This document shows positions 18,785-27,266 of a stretch of DNA of 64,000 nucleotides, piece by piece. The stretch lies in the NCBI GenBank assembly GCA_036252695.1, contig GCA_036252695.1_4122.1; one strand, given 5' to 3'. The position numbers were made by a program, and so were the translations under genes. The first letter of the stretch is position 1. Each line of letters starts with the position of its first letter. Under the pieces are notes generated by a model that worked only from the letters and a program-made list of their open reading frames with translations, ran no database searches and was not told the origin of the DNA. Origin of the DNA: a phage.

Positions 18785-19182
18785 TGCTTAAAGATTTAGA
18801 TTTTTCAAATTTAGAGATCATCAGTGCAGTGAAGAATATTACTGATATGGATGATGAAAAAGGTGTAATGGTAACTATCACTTTCGTAAAGGAAGAGGAT
18901 AGCTATAAGCATCTTACTGGAATTGAAGAACTAATTCATAAAACCAATCTTGAGAATGATGGTAAACTCATCAAGCTTCAGGCTTCATATACGCAAAAAA
19001 CGTCAAATTTTATAGACCTAAATAATGTAGTCAAGGTGGTATACAATCATCCTGATCACACATATAGGAACACGACAAGAAATGAAAATGTTGCTAACGA
19101 TTCGAATATTATCGAAGATGTTGAATTCATAAACACAATTTTTGATCGTTGTTCTAAGGATTTAAAAAAAGTATACATGTAA
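18784..19182 (+). CDS. hypothetical protein
   Basis: ORF track 18769 (GTG); ATG at 18784 overlaps upstream stop (TAATG). Confidence 0.45.
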   Translation: MLKDLDFSNLEIISAVKNITDMDDEKGVMVTITFVKEEDSYKHLTGIEELIHKTNLENDGKLIKLQASYTQKTSNFIDLNNVVKVVYNHPDHTYRNTTRNENVANDSNIIEDVEFINTIFDRCSKDLKKVYM

Positions 19183-19183
19183 T

Positions 19184-19211
19184 GGGACATTATATGTTCC
19201 AATGATATAAT
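19184..19211 (+). promoter_or_regulatory. sigma70-like promoter (GGGACA-N16-TATAAT with TG extension)
   Basis: -35-like GGGACA at 19184-19189, 16-nt spacer, TGATATAAT at 19203-19211; same architecture recurs at 29933 and 48945. Confidence 0.4.
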
Positions 19212-19214
19212 GTA

Positions 19215-19735
19215 TATAGAAAATGACAACGGACATTGAAAAATGGACACTGAGAACCTACTTCTCTTGAAAATGTAAAGGATAGATGAGCTTTACCGTT
19301 GTAGCGAACAGCAGAAGAAACCTGTTAGAGTACTGGCATTTAAACAAACACGATGTAAGACCACGAATCACGGCGACACGGCTGTATAAAGAACTCCGAT
19401 AAGCATACAGAGAGTTCCTAGATAGATGTATAAGGTTCGCACCTTACCAGATTTGCTAAGGGAGTTTAAGAATAGCGGACGCAATTTTACAAGAAAGTTG
19501 CGTCCAAAATTTGAGAACAGGTACTTACTTTGATCGAATAGAGTTAGTACTGAGTGCTGTTGATGAAAAGACCAGCGACCGTTGCATATGACTGCGATAG
19601 AGAGAAACCGAGCAACCCGCTTTCGCTCTCTAAATTTTGGTACAAGAAAGATCCGTCCAAAATTTGAGAAATTCGCAATTCGATAATATCCGATGCCATC
19701 ATCGTCAAGAGAGACTTAATTGTCTCTTTTTTATT
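19215..19735 (+). ncRNA. candidate structured non-coding RNA (function unknown)
   Basis: About 0.5 kb between promoter and terminator with no ORF of 60 aa or more, higher G+C than neighbours, two near-identical 29-nt direct repeats (19488-19516 and 19641-19669) each forming a hairpin. Confidence 0.3.
19709..19733 (+). terminator. rho-independent terminator
   Basis: GAGAGAC / GTCTCT hairpin (loop TTAATT) plus T6. Confidence 0.5.
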
Positions 19736-19872
19736 ACCTTCATTCCCCTGCGGGGGGATGTAATAGTCCTCAACAAATCCCGTCAAGTTTTTAAAGTACA
19801 TTATCATTTTCAGAAGGAACTAGTTTACGAAGTAAACGCAGTGACTTCTTGAGTTACGAGAGAACGAAGTGA

Positions 19873-20301
19873 ATGAGTAACACAACGAAAATATCCGATA
19901 AATCTGAATTAACACAAATGTTATTCAAAGAATATTTTGAGTTCCAGATAAAAGACGAACATCAATTACCACAGCAATATTTGAAAAGAATTAAAGATCC
20001 GTCAGTAATTACTAAAGAAACTAATTTTTATAATAGTATTTTAGATTTCGTTAAATCAGTTCATACAACAAGACCTATTGTAGTTTTGTTTTTTGATAAA
20101 TCTATTCCTTTAGTAGTTCCTGAAAATGTATTTTTTATCTCAGAAACTGATTTAAATAATCAAAGTACTGTAAGTAGATTAAGAAATTGCTTACTTGTAG
20201 TATGTGATTCTTCTTTGTATAATAATAGAATACTATGGGATAGAAGTAAACGCAATGCAGTTTCGGAAATGAATCCTGAAATTACCTTTATTATTAACTA
20301 A
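19873..20301 (+). CDS. hypothetical protein
   Basis: 142-aa ORF; weak RBS. Confidence 0.45.
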   Translation: MSNTTKISDKSELTQMLFKEYFEFQIKDEHQLPQQYLKRIKDPSVITKETNFYNSILDFVKSVHTTRPIVVLFFDKSIPLVVPENVFFISETDLNNQSTVSRLRNCLLVVCDSSLYNNRILWDRSKRNAVSEMNPEITFIIN

Positions 20302-20333
20302 ATAATAATAGAATAACTCTAAGGAGAGATATT

Positions 20334-20774
20334 ATGGAAGATATTAATGATTTACGACACGTAATGGACTTTATCGGAAGTACTGAAGAAGATAATTCAT
20401 ATGATGAAGTACTATTAACTTTTATTGAAAATAGTTTGTTTTTAAGTTCTGCTGCACATAACTGGCACTTACAATGTCATTTTTATACAAAGCATTTACA
20501 ATTAGATGAACTATATAAAGAATTACCAGAATATGTAGACGCATTTGTTGAAGGTATCATGAATAATCGTGGTGCTTTGCAAGTTGGGACTGGTAATAGT
20601 TATCGTTTTACACCAATTGAAGATTGTGTACCAATTCTTGAAGAATATGTTGAGCAATGCAGAGCAATTCATGATATGCTTGAAGAATCGGGTGATTACG
20701 GCAGTGTAAACACATTAGAAGATATTATGAGTTTTGTTGAAGGAACACTTTACAAACTTAAAGTTTTACAATAA
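20334..20774 (+). CDS. hypothetical protein
   Basis: GGAGAG RBS; acidic 146-aa product. Confidence 0.5.
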   Translation: MEDINDLRHVMDFIGSTEEDNSYDEVLLTFIENSLFLSSAAHNWHLQCHFYTKHLQLDELYKELPEYVDAFVEGIMNNRGALQVGTGNSYRFTPIEDCVPILEEYVEQCRAIHDMLEESGDYGSVNTLEDIMSFVEGTLYKLKVLQ

Positions 20775-20781
20775 ACTATAT

Positions 20782-20810
20782 GGAGAGTCGCTATGACTCT
20801 CCTTTTATTT
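20782..20810 (+). terminator. rho-independent terminator
   Basis: GGAGAGTC / GACTCTCC hairpin followed by TTTTATTTT. Confidence 0.45.
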
Positions 20811-20822
20811 TGGAGAAATAAT

Positions 20823-21455
20823 ATGAAATCGCATGAATTAGCAAAATTACTACTGTCTCAACCGAATCTAGACATTTATCATTATGATGCAGAGAGTGAC
20901 TTGCATTATCAGAATTTTGATAATAGATTAATGGTTACACCATCTGGTATTTTCACCACAGTAAAAACCACATTAGATTATGAAAATGTACTTACTCCAT
21001 ACCATACACCACTCTTGGGTCACGTCCAAATTTTCTTTAAGGATGGTACTATTACTCCAAAATTGGAGGGTTCACATATCCAAACTGTTCTTAACTTAGA
21101 ATATGGGTTGGTATTTAACATTCCTTATGAAAAGCCAATTATTTTATTAGGTAAAAATCAATCAACACAATTCACTAATCAACATGCTGTTTGTTATACA
21201 TCCGATGATATTGATTTCATTTCAGTACTGACAGAATATGATCCTAATACTTGGCACGAAACATGGGAAACTATGTCATATGATGAAGCAATTGAATGTG
21301 GTAAAAATTTAGCCAAAATGTTATTTCCACCGAAAAAAGAACTTTCACAAGAACAAAATGAATCATTTTCTAAAGATTTTCCTGATTCTGAATTCAATGT
21401 TAAAGTATCAACTACCAAAATTGGTGAATTTCTAAATGAAAATCAAAAAGATTAA
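20823..21455 (+). CDS. hypothetical protein, paralogue of 21825..22409
   Basis: ORF track 20793; ATG at 20823 with GGAGAA RBS lies after the terminator; N-terminus paralogous to 21825..22409. Confidence 0.5.
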   Translation: MKSHELAKLLLSQPNLDIYHYDAESDLHYQNFDNRLMVTPSGIFTTVKTTLDYENVLTPYHTPLLGHVQIFFKDGTITPKLEGSHIQTVLNLEYGLVFNIPYEKPIILLGKNQSTQFTNQHAVCYTSDDIDFISVLTEYDPNTWHETWETMSYDEAIECGKNLAKMLFPPKKELSQEQNESFSKDFPDSEFNVKVSTTKIGEFLNENQKD

Positions 21456-21828
21456 ATTCCACCAGCATTGTTCTATACATGTCTGTGATGATTGTGGTAT
21501 ACAAATGAGTGATATTTATACAGTTTCCTGTAAAGGTTTCAAATTCACTCACGGTGAACCTGCATATTGTTATGGCACAGAAGAAGGTGATATCGAAGTA
21601 GTACTGAAAGAATTGTTCCAGTACTTGCAAAGTGTAGGTCATGATGTTACAATACCCACATATTATGAAGATGATTATGATGCACATGTAGAAGAAAATA
21701 CATATTATAATCAATTCGTTTATGGTAATGGTTTTATCACATACCTACATGAGAATGGTATTGGGGTAAAAACTAAGTACACCAGTGATGATTATGATGA
21801 TGATAATTCTATGGAGATTGTAGATTGA
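21436..21828 (+). CDS. hypothetical Cys-rich acidic protein
   Basis: 130-aa ORF overlapping the upstream gene end. Confidence 0.4.
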   Translation: MKIKKIKFHQHCSIHVCDDCGIQMSDIYTVSCKGFKFTHGEPAYCYGTEEGDIEVVLKELFQYLQSVGHDVTIPTYYEDDYDAHVEENTYYNQFVYGNGFITYLHENGIGVKTKYTSDDYDDDNSMEIVD

Positions 21829-22409
21829 AAGCAAAAGACTTAGCAGCACTGTTGTTGCAGAATCCTGAAATGGAAGTGTATCATGAGCACATGCACATTG
21901 ATGACATGTGTGACGCTTACTATTCACCAGAAAATGTGTCTGGTATTGAAATTACCCCTAGTGGAGTATTCATCAGTACTGAACGTATTGATTACAATTC
22001 CCAGCAAGAAATCAAAACTCCACATAATAAACCTCGCATTGGTGCAATTGACCTAGTATTTCATCAGGACCGTTTGGTGGAATATGATGAAGACGATGGT
22101 ACTACCCGAACAGATGTTGAGAATGTTGTTTTTCGTTTTTATAATGCATACGAAGACCCAACTACTGGAGAAGATTTCTTCCGTGAGCTATTAGAGGATG
22201 GAGAAGTTTATGGTCAGGATGGTACGGTTTTTGTACTGGACCCTAACTATGAGCCAGATCACAATACATGGCAATTCTATACACCAGAAGATGTAATGGA
22301 AGTTAAAGTACTTATCGATATTGACGATAAATGGAATCCTATGTATACTTCAATGACATATGAAGAAGCCAAAGAATACTTCGTTTCTAAACTAAACATT
22401 ACAAAATAA
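21825..22409 (+). CDS. hypothetical protein, paralogue of 20823..21455 (TTG start)
   Basis: Non-ATG start overlapping upstream stop; N-terminal motif LAALLLQNPEMEVYH matches its paralogue. Confidence 0.5.
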   Translation: MKAKDLAALLLQNPEMEVYHEHMHIDDMCDAYYSPENVSGIEITPSGVFISTERIDYNSQQEIKTPHNKPRIGAIDLVFHQDRLVEYDEDDGTTRTDVENVVFRFYNAYEDPTTGEDFFRELLEDGEVYGQDGTVFVLDPNYEPDHNTWQFYTPEDVMEVKVLIDIDDKWNPMYTSMTYEEAKEYFVSKLNITK

Positions 22410-22426
22410 TAAGGATTCACAAATTT

Positions 22427-22708
22427 ATGAAAATTGTTGCAAGTGCATGGATGAAACTACCAGATGGTACAACTGCTTTTGAAGAATATGGCTTTGTTGA
22501 AAGTGTCGATGAATTAAAGCGTTTCAAGTGTGAAAATGATGATGATGTTTTTGATATTGTATTTGTATATCATCATATTCCTAATGATACTGATTATGAA
22601 CATTATTATTATCATCCTGATTTGTTGGAAACACTTGTATGCGACAACTATCATGAAATTGATGAAAATACAGCTTTACTAATGTTGAGTACCGTATCTC
22701 CGGTATAA
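22427..22708 (+). CDS. hypothetical protein
   Basis: 93-aa acidic ORF. Confidence 0.45.
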   Translation: MKIVASAWMKLPDGTTAFEEYGFVESVDELKRFKCENDDDVFDIVFVYHHIPNDTDYEHYYYHPDLLETLVCDNYHEIDENTALLMLSTVSPV

Positions 22709-22716
22709 GGAGTAAT

Positions 22717-23196
22717 ATGTATAATCTTATAATTATCCGCGAACCATATGAATCTGACAACAGTTCAACTGATGGTGAGGTTTTAGTATATCAAAGTTAT
22801 GAACAAAGTGGCATTGAACATGAATTAAAAGATTATTTACGTCAACATATATATCTATATCGTACAGAACCACGTGAACAGTATGGAGATATAATGTTTA
22901 TCGTAACTCATAATGGTGCAGTAATTGAACATGTAAATATGACAAATAACATGTATTTTCATAATTACACTGACACGTCTAAAGAATTAGGAAACGATTT
23001 CAAGTCTGTTTTCGATGCATTGCGTATCAATTTTTTTAAAAATGACAAATTCTGTACTGATATTAGATTAGAAGAAGCAAATACAAAAAAGAAACTTTCT
23101 CGAAAATACGAGAGTGATAGAAAAAAAGAACAAGAGATTCAGCGTTTACACGAATTGATGAAAAAATACCCTAATGAGGTACAACATGGCTCTTAG
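22717..23196 (+). CDS. hypothetical protein
   Basis: 159-aa ORF with AGGAG RBS. Confidence 0.5.
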   Translation: MYNLIIIREPYESDNSSTDGEVLVYQSYEQSGIEHELKDYLRQHIYLYRTEPREQYGDIMFIVTHNGAVIEHVNMTNNMYFHNYTDTSKELGNDFKSVFDALRINFFKNDKFCTDIRLEEANTKKKLSRKYESDRKKEQEIQRLHELMKKYPNEVQHGS

Positions 23197-23524
23197 AGGT
23201 TCAAATCAATATAAATGTATTGCAGAGATCAAGAAGAAAGATGGAACACTTGTAGACCGAGCATTGAAGCAAGAATATAAAGAATTATGTGATGTGGTAC
23301 ATAATGATAGTTATGGTGGGATGCGTCGTCAAAAAATTTATGAATATCTAAAGAAAGGTTTAGAAATTCAGGTTAATGGTCTTCATTGTATTCAAACAAA
23401 AAACGATCCTGATATTCTACGTTTGTTGAAAGAAGATAAGATTGAAATGTTTAATGTTCCTATTTCATTCTATGGTAATAAACTAAAATGTAAGCATACT
23501 TTCTTGAGGATTAAAAATGGTTGA
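23186..23524 (+). CDS. hypothetical protein
   Basis: ORF track 23174; ATG at 23186 preceded by GAGGT. Confidence 0.45.
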   Translation: MALRGSNQYKCIAEIKKKDGTLVDRALKQEYKELCDVVHNDSYGGMRRQKIYEYLKKGLEIQVNGLHCIQTKNDPDILRLLKEDKIEMFNVPISFYGNKLKCKHTFLRIKNG

Positions 23525-23741
23525 TTCATTTATGAAAAAAATCTTTAAAAAATTACTATCTGGATTTGAAAAAGCAGCAAGTCTTATTTTCAGTTCAGTT
23601 GTAATGGTTATTACAGTACTGGCGTTTTCACTAGTACTGCATTTTGTACCATTCTGGTTAATCTTTATTGTACTTATTGCTCTGCTAGGTGCACATGTTT
23701 ATTATGTTTACCGTGACGCATTGGATGATGATAACGATTAA
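23517..23741 (+). CDS. small two-TM membrane protein (holin-like or immunity-like, unassigned)
   Basis: 74 aa with two predicted hydrophobic helices; followed by a terminator-like hairpin. Confidence 0.45.
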   Translation: MVDSFMKKIFKKLLSGFEKAASLIFSSVVMVITVLAFSLVLHFVPFWLIFIVLIALLGAHVYYVYRDALDDDND

Positions 23742-23786
23742 ATGTATTTGACCTCACTATGTGGGGTCTTTTTTAAGGAAAATTAT

Positions 23787-24239
23787 ATGCTTATAGAAAC
23801 AGCAACATTTAAGCGTTTTATTGACGTATGTCGTGATACGTGTTTTTGTTATCTTTCATCACAAGAACAGTTCGATGCAATGAGTGATGTGTTAGGTTAT
23901 CGCCGTTCGGTATTGATGTATTTTGATGGTCCTTTGATTGAAGTTCATGATGATGTGTATTCCCTACAATATGTATCAATTAACAATGCGTTCATTTTTA
24001 TTGCTGACTCGTACTCAATTGTAGTTGAGGAACGTGGTAAAGGTATACCAACAACACACTATATTGATTGTCAAAGAACTGATTGTGTTTATAGTTCTGG
24101 ACTAATACAAACACCAATTCCATATCCTAGCATTTATATAAACACACTCCATCAAGAAATAATTGAGTACTGTAATAGTATTTCTGATACAGATACACAG
24201 TATTTTCCTATTGTATTATTGAAAGGAATTAGAACATGA
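23787..24239 (+). CDS. hypothetical protein
   Basis: ORF track 23742; ATG at 23787 with AAGGAAA RBS lies after hairpin plus T-run. Confidence 0.45.
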   Translation: MLIETATFKRFIDVCRDTCFCYLSSQEQFDAMSDVLGYRRSVLMYFDGPLIEVHDDVYSLQYVSINNAFIFIADSYSIVVEERGKGIPTTHYIDCQRTDCVYSSGLIQTPIPYPSIYINTLHQEIIEYCNSISDTDTQYFPIVLLKGIRT

Positions 24240-24625
24240 GATGGAAGAAACGTCACATTAAGCGTTTTGACAAAATAATTAAAAAATATTACTCACATAA
24301 GTTAGATCCGATGAATCTTCAGCTAAGGACCAGTATTTTTGATAGACGTTATCCGCAGTGTTTAGCATCGTACAGTCGTAAGCGTTCCAAGAATGAATAC
24401 CAGGTGTATCGTTATGATTTATCTGAATTGTTTTTGAATACTCGTGTATCAGTACCAATCAAGCTGTACTCAAGGGTAAAACGAAGTAGGGTTCAAGATA
24501 TTACATATGGATATCTTATGATTGAAATCGACGACATCAATGAAAAAACTGGCAGAAATTACAGTACTTTATGTCTGGAAAACCATGATTCAATAAAAAG
24601 AATCATAGAAGAGTTGGGAAAGTGA
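24236..24625 (+). CDS. hypothetical basic protein
   Basis: 129-aa ORF; ATGA overlap with upstream gene. Confidence 0.45.
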   Translation: MRWKKRHIKRFDKIIKKYYSHKLDPMNLQLRTSIFDRRYPQCLASYSRKRSKNEYQVYRYDLSELFLNTRVSVPIKLYSRVKRSRVQDITYGYLMIEIDDINEKTGRNYSTLCLENHDSIKRIIEELGK

Positions 24626-24654
24626 GATTTTTAGTGCTATAATTGGAGATGAGT

Positions 24655-24999
24655 ATGAAATACATCGATAAAGGTACAGTGGAGACACAGTACTGGAATA
24701 TCCATATTGCTGGTGATATTCAAACAGCAAGAGAGTACACAAGAAAATTTGCGTTTAAGCATGGCTTTTGTGTACAATTAATTCCCTGTGAATATATCTA
24801 CACTGGCGGTCTTGAAAGTGGGATGTGTGCTCGTATTATTCAGTACCCACGCTTTCCAAAAGAAGAAGTATATCTCAACCGAGATGTATTAAACTATGCA
24901 AAGGGTTTAGCTGAAGAGTTGTGTCAAAAGAGCTTTACTATAGAGCGAAATAATGATACAATTTATTATGAAAGTGATGAACCTTTACACAAGAAATAA
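24655..24999 (+). CDS. hypothetical protein
   Basis: ORF track 24643; ATG at 24655 follows GGAG RBS. Confidence 0.45.
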   Translation: MKYIDKGTVETQYWNIHIAGDIQTAREYTRKFAFKHGFCVQLIPCEYIYTGGLESGMCARIIQYPRFPKEEVYLNRDVLNYAKGLAEELCQKSFTIERNNDTIYYESDEPLHKK

Positions 25000-25010
25000 A
25001 AGGAAAATAT

Positions 25011-25142
25011 ATGAATGGACTAAAGAAATTTGGTAAAGATTTTCTAAAATGTATACGCTATACATATGATGCAAACCCAGAAATGACTGCTATTGTGGGT
25101 GTGTTTATTACACTTGTTGTATTAAGTTTTATTGTGGTGTAA
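25011..25142 (+). CDS. small C-terminally anchored membrane peptide (43 aa)
   Basis: AAGGAAA RBS; hydrophobic C-terminal helix; below ORF track cutoff. Confidence 0.3.
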   Translation: MNGLKKFGKDFLKCIRYTYDANPEMTAIVGVFITLVVLSFIVV

Positions 25143-25146
25143 AAGT

Positions 25147-25350
25147 ATGATTGAAATTAATGCTGATATATATTGTAGTGCATCACCCAATTACTTCATT
25201 TATGCACTAAGTACATTTGGTGAAACTGAAGGTGAAACTTTTGTTTTAGTAGAGAATACTACATGGTTCAAAACAAGTAATAAAATTCCGAAAGATGTTT
25301 TGGAAACATATGTTCGTATTGAAAATAAAAACATATATGTAATTTTATAG
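25147..25350 (+). CDS. hypothetical protein
   Basis: ORF track 25132..25350; ATG at 25147. Confidence 0.35.
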   Translation: MIEINADIYCSASPNYFIYALSTFGETEGETFVLVENTTWFKTSNKIPKDVLETYVRIENKNIYVIL

Positions 25351-25357
25351 GTAACAT

Positions 25358-25768
25358 ATGATTGAAATGGAAGGAACTCTGGTGTATGATCCAGAACGTG
25401 GCACTATGAAAAAGAAGAAGGACTTCTGGTTAGTACTACAACTTCCATTACAGTTGGTTCGATACTACCAGTACTTCATCAGAACTGACTTACATATTGA
25501 TATTAAAGACCCACAATGGGGAGCACATGTCAGTATCGTTCGTGGTGAAGTGCCACCAAATCCAGAGTACTGGAAAAAGTACGATGGAATGAAAGTAAAG
25601 ATAAAGTTCAATCCTTGTATTGAGATAGTAAAAGATAAAAAGAATCCAGGTTCATTCTTTATCATTGAATTTGAAGATGATTTCATCACACATATTAGAA
25701 ATGAACTAGGACTACCAACCAAGTACTTTAAATATCACATCACTGTAGGTAGAACCTACTACGATTAA
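25358..25768 (+). CDS. 2H phosphoesterase superfamily protein (LigT/cyclic phosphodiesterase-like; possible Acb1-like anti-CBASS nuclease)
   Basis: Two H-x-(S/T)-x motifs (AHVSIV and YHITVG) about 70 residues apart in a ~136-aa protein, the hallmark of the 2H fold. Confidence 0.55.
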   Translation: MIEMEGTLVYDPERGTMKKKKDFWLVLQLPLQLVRYYQYFIRTDLHIDIKDPQWGAHVSIVRGEVPPNPEYWKKYDGMKVKIKFNPCIEIVKDKKNPGSFFIIEFEDDFITHIRNELGLPTKYFKYHITVGRTYYD

Positions 25769-25903
25769 TGTGGTTTTTACAGTAAATATGTCTTGTAATA
25801 AAATAAAAATATGCTATACTACTTAAACATTTGAAAAGAACGTTTTTGTACTGTAGAAAGTCCGATGAGGCTTTTACAAATGGCCTCTTTGCCATCTTTG
25901 TGA

Positions 25904-26863
25904 TTGCCCATCTTAACAATCAACAAAGGAGGCGTTTTGAAACAAGCGAAAAAAGCACTGAAAACTAAGACTACTTATGGTGTTCTAGTTTGCACAGTAC
26001 TTGTCGCTGCGATTGGATTTTATGGTTTTTCTCAAAATGATCGTGTATCATCATCGGACGAAAGTCAGGTACACAATTTAAAACCACAAGTTACGCAAAT
26101 TCAAAAGCAGGAATTACCAAAGGTAGAAATATCAAAGGATGTTCCACGCGGCGAGAAGCATTATACGGTTCAACCTGGTGATAGTTATTATTCTATTGCT
26201 AAAAAGTTTAAACCTAAAAATGTACAACTTGAAGAGTATGTTATTTTGTTGAAAAATATCAATTTAAATGCTACTCTTCATACTTCTCAGGGTATCTTTA
26301 TCCCAACAAAAGAGGATTTGAAGAACGTATTGTTACCAGATGTGACTGTACTGTTTGATTATAATGATCCAGAAATTGTCAATCACATCAAAGAAGCTGA
26401 AGGTTCAATTGAATTTCAGTCCAAGAACAAACGCCGTTTACTTGGTGGGAAAGTCGGAGTTCCTTTCCACAATTCTAAATTTCATCCCTACAAGGACATG
26501 AAAGGTAATTATACAATAGGTTATGGGCATTATTTGGGTAGAAAAGAATCTGATGCGATTAAGTACAGAAACGGTATTACCAAAGCTCAAGCCAATAAAC
26601 TTTTAATGCAAGATATGAAAAGAACATATAATGACTTTTTATTATTGATGCAGAAAAAAGAAGCAGTAAATCTGACCAAAGAACAACAACGTATTCTTTA
26701 TGAAATGTCCTATACAATGGGTGTTGATAAATTAGCAACGTTTAATAAACTTTGGAAAAGTGTGAAAAATGATAACCCTAAGAAATTTAAAAAAGAAATT
26801 ATGAATTCCTTATGGTATCGTCAAGTTACAAACCGAGCAGATTTGTTGTTAAGTTCACTCTAA
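25904..26863 (+). CDS. LysM-domain lysozyme (T4 e-like, GH24) with N-terminal transmembrane anchor; start codon uncertain (TTG)
   Basis: C-terminal half matches T4 lysozyme (YKDxxGxYTIGxGH, WYxQxxNRA); LysM motif YTVQPGDSYYSIAKKF; hydrophobic helix near N-terminus; no in-frame ATG before the domain, strong AAAGGAGG at 25925-25932. Confidence 0.75.
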   Translation: MPILTINKGGVLKQAKKALKTKTTYGVLVCTVLVAAIGFYGFSQNDRVSSSDESQVHNLKPQVTQIQKQELPKVEISKDVPRGEKHYTVQPGDSYYSIAKKFKPKNVQLEEYVILLKNINLNATLHTSQGIFIPTKEDLKNVLLPDVTVLFDYNDPEIVNHIKEAEGSIEFQSKNKRRLLGGKVGVPFHNSKFHPYKDMKGNYTIGYGHYLGRKESDAIKYRNGITKAQANKLLMQDMKRTYNDFLLLMQKKEAVNLTKEQQRILYEMSYTMGVDKLATFNKLWKSVKNDNPKKFKKEIMNSLWYRQVTNRADLLLSSL

Positions 26864-26880
26864 AAAAAGGAAGGTGAAGT

Positions 26881-27213
26881 ATGCTAAATCTAAATATCCA
26901 AGGCAACGTTGATATCACTCCAGCAATCCAAGATGCTATTTACAATGAAGCAAAAAGTCTGGATAAGTACCGTACTTCTTCAGTACTAGACATTGGTGTT
27001 CATGTTAAGAAAGAGCATAAAACTCAATATGCTGTAACTTTAACTGCTGGTAGTAAATCAGTAACTGCTGATGATGCTGATTTGTATAAAGCAATTGTTG
27101 AATCTTTTGATAAGATGGAAACTGTATTCAGTAAAGACAAAAGCATTAAATTACACCGCCGAAACCATCCAGAACACCCAGTTCTTGATGATTTGACAGA
27201 AAACGAAGAGTAA
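26881..27213 (+). CDS. hpf: ribosome hibernation-promoting factor (HPF/YfiA/RaiA family)
   Basis: Alignable along its length with E. coli HPF (MLNLNIQGNVDIT.. versus MQLNITGNNVEIT..; DLYKAI versus DMYAAI); AAGGAAGG RBS. Confidence 0.65.
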   Translation: MLNLNIQGNVDITPAIQDAIYNEAKSLDKYRTSSVLDIGVHVKKEHKTQYAVTLTAGSKSVTADDADLYKAIVESFDKMETVFSKDKSIKLHRRNHPEHPVLDDLTENEE

Positions 27214-27224
27214 TATATACTAAA

Positions 27225-27249
27225 GGGACAGATTAATTCTGTCCCTTTT
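27225..27249 (+). terminator. rho-independent terminator
   Basis: GGGACAGA / CTGTCCC hairpin plus T-run. Confidence 0.5.
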
Positions 27250-27266
27250 CTTATGGAGTTTTAATT

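Noticed and set aside
19544-19852. ORFs 19544-19807 (minus) and 19637-19852 (plus) in the ORF-free island
   Set aside because: They overlap each other on opposite strands, have no RBS, and span the terminator hairpin; more consistent with chance ORFs in non-coding sequence.
19184-19870. tRNA genes in the GC-rich ORF-free island
   Set aside because: No segment shows a 7-bp acceptor stem combined with a GTTC(R)ANY T-loop; the only GGTTCG occurrence (19433-19438) has a non-canonical loop (TTCGCAC) and no matching stems. Left as a generic structured-RNA candidate.
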